Part shown: positions 38,425-46,262 of the stretch, piece after piece
Position numbering within the stretch: position 1 is the stretch's first letter
Layout of the letters: every line of letters starts with the position of its first letter
Assembly (NCBI GenBank): GCA_045862955.1
Contig: BTVI01000003.1
Location: 1-64,000 of the forward strand
Direction: 5' to 3'
Length of the DNA: 64,000 bases
Origin: Fimbriimonadales bacterium
GTDB lineage: Bacteria > Armatimonadota > Fimbriimonadia > Fimbriimonadales > JABRVX01
Notes under the pieces: generated by a model
What the model saw: the letters and a program-made list of their open reading frames with translations, nothing else
Database searches by the model: none
Told to the model about the DNA's origin: nothing
Program-made: the position numbers and the translations under genes

Positions 38425-39199
38425 GCAGATTCTGGAGAACAAGCGGCAGGAGGTCATCACGAGAAAGCTGCTTGCGCCCGTTGCGGACATGATCCTGCGC
38501 GCCGAGGATGCACCCCGCCCGCGACGCTTCGCCAAAGCACTAGCCGACCATCCCTCGAAGCCAGCGCTCATCGCAGAGGTGAAGAAAGCATCGCCGTCCA
38601 AGGGGGTCATCCGCGAGGACTTCGACCCCGTTGAGATAGCCTCGGCTTACGAGCGAGGCGGCGCCTGCTGCATCAGCGTACTGACCGACGAGCGCTACTT
38701 CCAGGGGCGGCTCGAGTACTTGACACGCGTGAAGGAAGCCGTATCTCTCCCGGTCCTGTGCAAGGATTTCATCCTCGACCCCTATCAGATCTACGAGGCC
38801 TTGGTGGCGGGGGCCGACGCGATCCTGCTGATTGCGCGTGCCTTCCGCGATGACCCGAACGCACTTGCAGACCTCATCTGGACGGCCGTAGAATACGATC
38901 TCGACACGCTCGTCGAGGTACACGATGCGGAGGAGATTCGACTGCTCGAAGGGTGCCGGTTCGACATGCTCGGCATCAACAACCGCGATCTCGAGACCTT
39001 CCATACCGACTTGGCGGTGACCGAGCGGCTTGCTGGTATGGCACCTCGTGATTCGCTCGTCGTGGCCGAGAGCGGGATTGAGACACACGAAGACCTGAAG
39101 CGACTCGCTCGGTGCGGTGTGTCGGCCGTGCTGGTCGGCGAGTCACTGATGCGACAGCCCGATGTGGAGGCTGCAACGCGGAAACTGCTAGGCCGATGA
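38411..39199 (+). CDS. trpC: Indole-3-glycerol phosphate synthase
   Basis: IAEVKKASPSKG, SVLTDERYFQG, KDFI, GINNRDL, AESGI. Confidence 0.96.
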   Translation: MSILEQILENKRQEVITRKLLAPVADMILRAEDAPRPRRFAKALADHPSKPALIAEVKKASPSKGVIREDFDPVEIASAYERGGACCISVLTDERYFQGRLEYLTRVKEAVSLPVLCKDFILDPYQIYEALVAGADAILLIARAFRDDPNALADLIWTAVEYDLDTLVEVHDAEEIRLLEGCRFDMLGINNRDLETFHTDLAVTERLAGMAPRDSLVVAESGIETHEDLKRLARCGVSAVLVGESLMRQPDVEAATRKLLGR

Positions 39200-39792
39200 C
39201 CCGCGTAAAGATTTGTGGCATCACCAGACTCGAGGATGCCCTAGTGGCGATCGAGATGGGTGTGCACGCTCTGGGCTTCGTTCTCGAGCCGTCGAGCCCC
39301 CGATACGTCGGGGGACGAGGCGACCTGTTGCGGGCAGTCGCGAGCCTTCCCCCGTTCGTGTCCACCGTCGCCGTGTACGGCGTTCGGGGAGGCGGCCGGA
39401 GCGACTGGGAGGAGGCGGTGTCGGCAGTGCAGGCGGTCGAGGGCGAGCCGGCGAAGCCCCTCCTGCGCACGCTGCGGTTGGAATCGGAGGCCGACATCGA
39501 ACGTCTTTCGGATGTCATTCGCGGGGCCTCTGCCTTGGTGCTAGACGCGTTTCACCCCACGCAGATGGGAGGAACGGGGCGAGCTTTGGACTGGTCGCTC
39601 GCTGCAAAGGTCTCTGCGATAAGTCCGGTGCCCGTGATCCTGGCCGGCGGTCTGACTCCGGACAACGTTGCGGAAGCCGCGTACGTCGTGCGGCCCTACG
39701 CGGTGGATGTATCCTCTGGTGTCGAGAGTGAGCCGGGAGTGAAAGATGCTCGCAAGATGGAGGCTTTCATTCGGGCTGTAGCCCTGATTTAG
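39196..39792 (+). CDS. trpF: Phosphoribosylanthranilate isomerase
   Basis: MTRVKICGIT, GGTG..DW, LAGGLTPDNV, VDVSSGVE; ATGA overlap with trpC. Confidence 0.95.
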   Translation: MTRVKICGITRLEDALVAIEMGVHALGFVLEPSSPRYVGGRGDLLRAVASLPPFVSTVAVYGVRGGGRSDWEEAVSAVQAVEGEPAKPLLRTLRLESEADIERLSDVIRGASALVLDAFHPTQMGGTGRALDWSLAAKVSAISPVPVILAGGLTPDNVAEAAYVVRPYAVDVSSGVESEPGVKDARKMEAFIRAVALI

Positions 39793-39862
39793 GGGGCGAT
39801 CGAGGCAAAAACGTGCGGGATTGCACAAGGAATCCTCTTCTACATGTCATAAACAAGGGCGT

Positions 39863-40459
39863 ATGCCGATGCATGTGTTAGCCGACAGCGATCTAGAGAA
39901 GCTGCTGACGGCAATACTGGACCGTTCCTATGGGGTTGCCCTGCGGATGGCGCGAAGCACAGAGGAAGCAGAGCTACTCCTCGGCGAGACCGTTGCCGAA
40001 GCCGTCCGGCGCTACCCGAAAGATGCTCCAGGACCGGCGTTTGGCCTGTGGTTTTATCGCCTTCTCGTAGAGGCGTTCGTGAAGTCGCGCGCCCGCAGGT
40101 TGCGAGAAAGCAAACAACCGGAGGCGGAGGAAGCGACCGAGCTCTTCCTCTATCACGAGACGCAGCGGCTGGGCATGCACTCGCAGTCCAGGGACCCGGC
40201 AGCGGTCTTTTTGGCCAAGCTCCGCCCGGAGCAGATTGCGGCGGCGGTCGAGGCTCTGCCTGATGAGTACCGTGTTCTGTGCGCGCTGTTCCTGTACGAA
40301 GACTTGCGGTACGTAGAGTTGGCTGCCATCCTCGGGGTTGCGCCGAGTGTGGCTCGCAGTCGGCTGCACCGCGGGCGCAACATGCTGCAGCGAACGCTGT
40401 GGCGCGTGGCAATCGAATCCGGGGTGATCCAAGAACCCGCTACGGGGAATCTGGCATGA
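39863..40459 (+). CDS. ECF-type sigma factor (SigH/SigR-like layout), region 2 divergent
   Basis: Region 4 ALPDEYR..EDLRYVELAAILG..ARSRLHRGR; coupled to a zinc anti-sigma; start uncertain. Confidence 0.8.
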   Translation: MPMHVLADSDLEKLLTAILDRSYGVALRMARSTEEAELLLGETVAEAVRRYPKDAPGPAFGLWFYRLLVEAFVKSRARRLRESKQPEAEEATELFLYHETQRLGMHSQSRDPAAVFLAKLRPEQIAAAVEALPDEYRVLCALFLYEDLRYVELAAILGVAPSVARSRLHRGRNMLQRTLWRVAIESGVIQEPATGNLA

Positions 40460-40713
40460 GCGACACCACCTTCTTCACCTGTGAAGAAACGTTTCGCCGC
40501 ATGAAGGACTACGTGGACCGCGAGCTGCCCGCCGCGGAGGTCGCGCTCGTGGAGATGCACCTGAAGGCTTGCGGCGCGTGTGCGAGCGAGTACCGGTTCG
40601 AGCAGACCTTGCTGCGAGAGATGCGTTCCAAGCTTCGATCCGTGCCGACCTCTCCGGAATCCATCGCACGCCTCCTTTCGAACGCCGCTAAGTCCGGCGA
40701 GCAGCCTAAGTAG
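40456..40713 (+). CDS. Zinc-binding anti-sigma factor (zf-HC2/ZAS, RshA-like), soluble
   Basis: TCEE..YVDREL..HLKACGAC; ATGA overlap with the sigma gene; no TM segment. Confidence 0.88.
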   Translation: MSDTTFFTCEETFRRMKDYVDRELPAAEVALVEMHLKACGACASEYRFEQTLLREMRSKLRSVPTSPESIARLLSNAAKSGEQPK

Positions 40714-40800
40714 GCGCTGAGACTACGAATCTTCAGCATCGCCGGCCAACGTGGAGCGCGTGGCGGGCCCACTCGAGTCGCATGATGTAAGCAAATCCAC

Positions 40801-40854
40801 AAAAAAAAAAGTACACAAGTAACTATTGACAAAACCTGGTGGGTAGGGCAGTAT
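40801..40854 (+). promoter_or_regulatory. Promoter of the Cys-rich module with upstream A10 tract
   Basis: A10 at 40801-40810, TTGACA 40826-40831, 17 nt spacer, CAGTAT 40849-40854 (TATATA nearby). Confidence 0.55.
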
Positions 40855-40876
40855 ATAAGTGCTGTTGGGCTAGTGC

Positions 40877-42097
40877 GTGGAAACCGAGATGCGAACGCAT
40901 GTGATGAAGCCTTATACGATAGCTGCCGCCGCATACGTCCTGGCGGGCGTAGGGGGTGTCGGAGCGGTGTTACTGCACGTTGGCGAACCTCGGCAGTACT
41001 CGGAACCCGTCTTCTACTATGCTCCCGACTGCCCCGGCTGTGGTGACGTGCTGCCCTCTATAAAGCAGTTGGCAGGCTTGCGTTACGTGGATATCTCGCA
41101 GGCAGACGGATACGAGCGGGCTGTCGCGGCGCAAGGCAGCCCCGAGGTCGAGGTTCCATATCTGCAACTCGTCGTAGCCGGCTCACTCCGTACTGCGGTG
41201 GGCTCGGACGAGGTCTCGGCTCTAGCCCATGCGGTCACTGCTACCGACCGCGAACGAGAGACCTCGTTCAAGGTGGCTGTTGGGCTGCTTGGAATAGTCC
41301 TGCTTGCCGGCGCCGCGTCCTGGGCTTGGCTGGGCGAGCTGGCCCCTCCTGCGGGCGTTCTTCTCTCGCTTCTGGCGGCGATGAGGCCGTGCACGGCATG
41401 CGCGTCGGGGGATCGCCTGCTGAGTGCGGCAGCCTCGGTTCTGGGCGTGGCCGTCTTCCTTTGCATCATGGTGGCAGCCCGAGCGCAGGCGCCGCCGAGA
41501 CACGTGGCGGCCTGGCTGTGCGTAGCCGGAGCCATAGTACAGGCGGGCATGCTGGTAGTAGCTCCGAAATTCTGTGTTCCGTGCCTCGGGGTAGGCCTAT
41601 GCTTCCTGCTCGGCGCCAAGATGCTGCCCAACCTGCCCGTGCCTACCGTGTCGCATCCCCAGAGGTCTCGCGCATGGACAGTCTTCGCCGGGGCGGCACT
41701 AGGGTGCAGCGTTGCACTGCAGGCCGCCTCATCGTCGTACTGGCCCGTTCCCAGCGGAGGTCGCCCCATCGCTGAGTATCGGGGCAAAGAGGCATCGGAG
41801 CTTGTCGGCATGCTCCCCGAGGGAGCGCCCCGGCTCGTGGTGCTGGTGGTGGCGGGGTGCGAGGCATGCCAACGTGCGGTGGGGGCGCTCACGAGGGGCG
41901 GGGTGCCCTTCATTGCAGTGCAGAGATGCAGCGAAGCTGCCGGTCCACCCTGCTTCGCCGATGCAGCGCTAGACACCGCATACCCCACCTTTCTGGTGCT
42001 GGACGAGAGCGGGCGGATCGAGAGGATTTCGGCGGGATGGCCTTCGGGTGCAACCGCCGATGAAGCCGTCGAGTATTACAGGAGGTGTACGCAGTGA
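40877..42097 (+). CDS. Membrane thiol-disulfide oxidoreductase candidate: thioredoxin-like + VKOR-like TM region + thioredoxin-like
   Basis: FYYAPDCPGC..VPYL; TM region with CTAC and FCVPC; C-terminal GCEAC..YPTF. Start may be 40889 or 40904. Confidence 0.65.
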   Translation: METEMRTHVMKPYTIAAAAYVLAGVGGVGAVLLHVGEPRQYSEPVFYYAPDCPGCGDVLPSIKQLAGLRYVDISQADGYERAVAAQGSPEVEVPYLQLVVAGSLRTAVGSDEVSALAHAVTATDRERETSFKVAVGLLGIVLLAGAASWAWLGELAPPAGVLLSLLAAMRPCTACASGDRLLSAAASVLGVAVFLCIMVAARAQAPPRHVAAWLCVAGAIVQAGMLVVAPKFCVPCLGVGLCFLLGAKMLPNLPVPTVSHPQRSRAWTVFAGAALGCSVALQAASSSYWPVPSGGRPIAEYRGKEASELVGMLPEGAPRLVVLVVAGCEACQRAVGALTRGGVPFIAVQRCSEAAGPPCFADAALDTAYPTFLVLDESGRIERISAGWPSGATADEAVEYYRRCTQ

Positions 42098-42173
42098 AGC
42101 TCGACACGTTGCTGAGGAAATCCTGGCGCGGCGCCGTTGCCGTGCTTGGCGTGACGATGATTCTGGGGCTGAT
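41838..42173 (+). repeat. Near-identical direct repeat, copy 1 (copy 2 at 43878-44213, offset 2040)
   Basis: Only scattered substitutions over ~336 bp; identity ends abruptly after ...CTGGGGCTGAT, near the end of the signal peptide coding region. Confidence 0.95.
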
Positions 42174-42492
42174 CCAGATGCCCGGCAGCGGGCAGGTGCC
42201 GCCACCCATAGACCCCGATGACTGCAAGCCGAGCGTTCAATCAGACACGGGGTGCAAGGACTTCCAGTATATGTGCAGCCTACTAGGCTGGAACTGGCAG
42301 ATCATCGTAGAATGCCACAGGTGGTGTTGCTATCGCGATGGATACCTATACGCGACGATCTGGGAAGTACCCTCGGCGTGTGACTGTACGCAGAACCGGA
42401 CCGAGTGCTGTTCGATCTTCTTCCCGAGAAACTGCATGGAGACTGCACAGCACATGCAGAGCACGAAGCCATGCCCGCAGGTTGAGCGCTGA
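42094..42492 (+). CDS. Secreted 12-cysteine protein, variant 1
   Basis: GTG with GGAGGTG RBS, GTGA overlap with the oxidoreductase; Sec-type signal; 12 Cys in the mature region. Confidence 0.85.
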   Translation: MKLDTLLRKSWRGAVAVLGVTMILGLIQMPGSGQVPPPIDPDDCKPSVQSDTGCKDFQYMCSLLGWNWQIIVECHRWCCYRDGYLYATIWEVPSACDCTQNRTECCSIFFPRNCMETAQHMQSTKPCPQVER

Positions 42493-42672
42493 GGTTCTAT
42501 GAGGAGTGACCAAGGCCGGGTACCCGGACGTGCTCGTCGCTCTCCGTTCGGGCGGTACTGCTGGGCGATCGTGCAGGGGAAAATGCGCGTGGCCCGCGGT
42601 GTCGGACGCCACTCTCCCCCGCGCGGGGCCGAGAGGTCGTTGTCGGTTATCACGTAGGAGGGGAAATCGGAC

Positions 42673-43083
42673 ATGAGCGGACTGGCGGATGAGATTCGAT
42701 CGTGGCGTCCAATATACCAGTGCGTGGCGCTAGGGGCGGCCGCAGGATTCACGTTCGGCGTCTTCGCCATGGTAGGCTACTACGTCCTCGGGGAATTCAG
42801 AGGTGAGCCGACGCAGACTGTCGCTATCAGCACCCTACTCTGTGCACTTGTCATAGCGCCTTGCGAGTCTCGGTGGGGCAGAGCCGGCTTGATCTGGGCG
42901 AACGCAGCCCTAGCCGTAGTCTGGATCGCGTTCTACTTGGTGGCTGCAGCCTACACCGGCCGCGTGTTCGTCGTCGGAGGTCTACGCGGCACTATCGTGG
43001 TGCTAACCGTGCTGCCCCTGCTAGCGGCGGGCAGTAGTGTGCTGTACGTACGGTTTCGGCATAGTCTGATGGTTGGTCGCTAA
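42673..43083 (+). CDS. Small multi-pass membrane protein, candidate cognate partner/immunity of variant 1
   Basis: 136 aa, about 4 hydrophobic helices, AGGAGG RBS; paralogs at 44672 and 45120. Confidence 0.75.
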   Translation: MSGLADEIRSWRPIYQCVALGAAAGFTFGVFAMVGYYVLGEFRGEPTQTVAISTLLCALVIAPCESRWGRAGLIWANAALAVVWIAFYLVAAAYTGRVFVVGGLRGTIVVLTVLPLLAAGSSVLYVRFRHSLMVGR

Positions 43084-43093
43084 GAGGTGTTGT

Positions 43094-43822
43094 ATGCTCA
43101 GGCGTGGTGTGGGACTAACGCTCGTGGAGCTACTCGTGGTCACCGCAGTGATCGCCGCGCTCGCTGCGATTCTGTATCCGGTAGTCACAGTCGCACGGAA
43201 ACGTGGGCAGAGCGCTCAGATCGTGAGTAACATGCGACAGCTCGCACAAGCGGTTAATGTATATATGGATGACTACTGCCTGCGTTTGCCACCCTTAGAT
43301 CCCAGGCCTCTACTGAAGAACCCGGCGGTCAGAGCCATCGCCTACTACCCACACAAGATGGCGACGCGGTCGGAGATGGACAGCGCACCGAGAGAAGAAG
43401 TTCCATTCCTCGGAGACTACGTGTACTGCCGGGAGGTGATCGGGCCGTCCGTTGGCTACGTGGTGTTTGATCACTGGCCAGACTTCTGGCGCGACCCCGA
43501 CGCTGTGTGGAACCACTACTGGACGGGCGTTCCGGCTTCCCCTGTCATCCTGGTATCCCTGCACGACGCGGGCTTTCACATGCTACCCCGCCAGAAGCCG
43601 CTGTGGGCGGTCTTCGACACCAAGTATGATGATCCGCCGCCGCCACCGTGGCTTCGTTTTCCCCCTAGGGTGCTGCGCTGTCGGCTGGACACTTCGGTGC
43701 GCACGTACCGTATCTTGAGGCACATGCAGACGAACATGGTCTTCTCCTATCTGCCGCTCTGTAGGAACAGGTTTGTCTGCTGTAGGACGTGTGAGGAGGC
43801 TGGTCAATACTGTTCGGAATAG
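43094..43822 (+). CDS. Prepilin-type (type II secretion/pilin-like) protein with Cys-rich C-terminus, copy 1
   Basis: GLTLVELLVVTAVIAALAAILYPV..SNMRQL; ends C-x5-CC-x2-C-x6-C; GAGGTG RBS. Confidence 0.85.
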   Translation: MLRRGVGLTLVELLVVTAVIAALAAILYPVVTVARKRGQSAQIVSNMRQLAQAVNVYMDDYCLRLPPLDPRPLLKNPAVRAIAYYPHKMATRSEMDSAPREEVPFLGDYVYCREVIGPSVGYVVFDHWPDFWRDPDAVWNHYWTGVPASPVILVSLHDAGFHMLPRQKPLWAVFDTKYDDPPPPPWLRFPPRVLRCRLDTSVRTYRILRHMQTNMVFSYLPLCRNRFVCCRTCEEAGQYCSE

Positions 43823-43876
43823 CCTCCGACGACGTCGGGGCGAAGCCCCCCTGTCTGCTCGGTAGCGCCAGGCGAC

Positions 43877-44137
43877 TTGGTGCTGGTGATGGCGGGGTGC
43901 GAGGCGTGCGAGCGTGCGGTGGGGGCGCTCACGAGGGGCGGGGTGCCCTTCATTGCAGTGCGGAGATGCAGCGAAGCTGCCGGTCCACCCTGCTTCGCCG
44001 ATGCAGCGCTAGACACGGCATACCCCACCTTTCTGGTGCTGGACGAGAGCGGGCGGATGGAGAGGATTTCGGCGGGATGGCCTTCGGGTGCAACCGCCGA
44101 TGAAGCCGTCGAGTATTACAGGAGGTGTACGCAGTGA
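43877..44137 (+). pseudogene. 5'-truncated duplicate of the C-terminal thioredoxin-like domain of 40877..42097
   Basis: Near-identical to 41837-42097, no clear RBS; carries the RBS of the next gene. Confidence 0.8.
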
Positions 44138-44523
44138 AGCTCGACACGTTGCTGAGGAAATCCTGGCGCGGCGCCGTTGCCGTACTTGGCGTGACGATGA
44201 TTCTGGGGCTGATACCGGTGCACACGTTGGGACAGGGAACGCCCCCGCCGCCGATGCAGTGCACGACCACTTCCCATGGGATGTTCGGCTGCAAGGACTA
44301 CCCTGGTTCATGCTCAACCTCAGAGACTAACTGGGACATTATCGTCGCTTGCGATCGCAAGTGCTGTTATGTCGAAGGACAACTCTACTCCGAGACGTGG
44401 ACTCTTTCGTCTAACTGCTGGTGCGTTCAGCTGCAGGGCTGCTGCGATTATAATCGCAATTGCACACAGACGGCGGACATGATCAAGGACAGGTGGCCCT
44501 GCCCGCGATACCAGCAGCAGTAG
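44134..44523 (+). CDS. Secreted 12-cysteine protein, variant 2
   Basis: First 27 aa identical to variant 1; same 12-Cys scaffold; divergent loops. Confidence 0.85.
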   Translation: MKLDTLLRKSWRGAVAVLGVTMILGLIPVHTLGQGTPPPPMQCTTTSHGMFGCKDYPGSCSTSETNWDIIVACDRKCCYVEGQLYSETWTLSSNCWCVQLQGCCDYNRNCTQTADMIKDRWPCPRYQQQ

Positions 44524-44671
44524 GAGCTTAGCAGCATGAGGCTTGAGAACGGCGGGCACACCGCGAGTGGCTACGCGCAGGGCCTCAGGTCACACCCTCC
44601 CAGGGAGGAATTGGCGCGTGAGGAACCAGCCCCGCTTGTCGTGTTGGCGAACTTCTGAAAGAGGAATCTAA

Positions 44672-45088
44672 GTGGACGTTAGGTATCGCGGCATTTGGGA
44701 CGAGGTGAGGGCATGGCCTGCATGGGTCCGTGTTCCGGCTGTCGGTGCCGCTGCCGGCGCTTCCTTTGGGGTGTTTGCATCGGTGGGGTACTATTTGGTT
44801 GGGCAGTACCGTGGTAGGCCATGGGAGATCGCCATCATCGCTGCTTTGTGGGGCGCTGCAGTTGTCGCTCCTCTGCACAACAGGTACGGCCGCGCAGCAA
44901 TAGCATATGCCACCTTGCTAGCAGCAACCTTGTGGCTGCCGTTCTCTGTGTACACGGGCCAGCTTACCGCGGAGCACATGGCCACCGAGCTCTTCTATAC
45001 TATTCTGTACGTCACGACATTGCCGCTCCTATCCGTCGGCACGTCGACGGTCTATACACTGATGGAGCGGGCAATGCGTGGGCACTAG
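44672..45088 (+). CDS. Small multi-pass membrane protein, diverged paralog of 42673..43083, candidate partner of variant 2
   Basis: Shares GAAAGxxFGVFAxVGYYxxGxxRGxP and LPLL with its paralog; GAGG RBS before GTG. Confidence 0.75.
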   Translation: MDVRYRGIWDEVRAWPAWVRVPAVGAAAGASFGVFASVGYYLVGQYRGRPWEIAIIAALWGAAVVAPLHNRYGRAAIAYATLLAATLWLPFSVYTGQLTAEHMATELFYTILYVTTLPLLSVGTSTVYTLMERAMRGH

Positions 45089-45119
45089 CGGTACATCCGA
45101 CGAGGAGCGCTAATTGGGG

Positions 45120-45505
45120 ACGGGCGGACTAGCGGATGAGATTCGATCGTGGCGTCCAATATACCAGTGCATGGCGCTAGGAACGGCCGCAGGATTCGCC
45201 TTCGGCGTCTTCGCCACGGCAGGCTACTACGTACTCGGGCAATTCAGAGGTGAGCCGATGCAGACTGTCGCTATCAGCACCCTACTCTGTGCACTTGTCG
45301 TAGGGCCTTGCGAGTTTCGGTGGGGCACAGCCGGCTTGATCTGGGCGAACGCAGCCCTAGCCCTAGTCTGGATCGGGTTCTACTTGGTGGCTGCAGCGGA
45401 GGTCCACTCGGCACTATCGTGCTGCTAACCGCGCTGCCCCTGCTAGCGGCGGGCAGTAGCGTGCTGTACGTTCTGTTTCGGCATCGTCCGATGGTCGGTC
45501 GCTAG
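45120..45505 (+). pseudogene. Pseudogene copy of 42673..43083
   Basis: Start-codon position reads ACG; 25-nt deletion (CTACACCGGCCGCGTGTTCGTCGTC) near 45398 causes a frameshift. Confidence 0.85.
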
Positions 45506-45515
45506 GAGGTGTCGT

Positions 45516-46250
45516 ATGCTTAGGCGTGTCGTCGCACTGACGCTGATAGAGCTACTCGTGGTCATTGCAGTGATCGCCGCGCTCGCTGCGATTCTGTACC
45601 CTGTCATCTCGGGAGCGCGGAAACGTGGGCAGAACGCTCAGATCGTGAGTAACATGCGGCAGCTCGCACAAGCGGTCAATGTCTACATGGAGGACAACCA
45701 CCTGCGTCTTCCGCCCTTCGACCCTAGGCCGCTGCTGAAGAACCCGGCGGTCAGAGCCATCGCCTACTACCCGCACAAGATGGCAACGCGGTCGGAGATG
45801 GACAGTGCACCCAGAGAAGAGGTTCCATTCCTCGGAGACTATGTGTACTGCCGGCAGGTGGTCGGAGTCTCTGCAAACTACTTCGTGGTTGAGCGCTGGC
45901 CCGACGTCATTTGGCGCGACCCCGACGCCGTGTGGCGCAACTACTGGACAGACATTTCGGCGTCACCTGTCATCCTGGTATCCCTGCACGACGCGGGCTT
46001 TCAGATGCTGCCCCGCCAGCAGCCGCTCGGGGACTCCGTCCCGGACACTGAACACGACAAGCCGGTCAGACCACCGCCGGTGAACTTCCCGCCGAGGGTC
46101 CTTAGGTGTAGGCTGGACACTTCGGTGCGGACGTATCGAATCGTGGAGCACATGCAAACGAACATGGGATTCTCGTATATCCCGTTGTGTATGAACAAGT
46201 ATGCCTGCTGCAAGCACTGCCAAGAGGCGGGCCAGGACTGCTCCGAATAG
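45516..46250 (+). CDS. Prepilin-type protein with Cys-rich C-terminus, copy 2
   Basis: [24 protein letters not shown]; close paralog of 43094..43822; GGAGGTG RBS. Confidence 0.87.
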   Translation: MLRRVVALTLIELLVVIAVIAALAAILYPVISGARKRGQNAQIVSNMRQLAQAVNVYMEDNHLRLPPFDPRPLLKNPAVRAIAYYPHKMATRSEMDSAPREEVPFLGDYVYCRQVVGVSANYFVVERWPDVIWRDPDAVWRNYWTDISASPVILVSLHDAGFQMLPRQQPLGDSVPDTEHDKPVRPPPVNFPPRVLRCRLDTSVRTYRIVEHMQTNMGFSYIPLCMNKYACCKHCQEAGQDCSE

Positions 46251-46262
46251 CGGTAGACGACA

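Noticed and set aside
42499..42657. 52-codon ORF between Cys-rich protein 1 and its membrane partner
   Set aside because: No RBS, Arg/Gly/Pro-rich composition typical of non-coding GC-rich DNA, and no counterpart in the second unit
42094..44523. Cys-rich proteins as RiPP precursors (ranthi/sacti/lanthipeptides)
   Set aside because: They have Sec-type signals and no adjacent modifying enzyme; the only radical SAM gene in the window is mtaB, about 16 kb away
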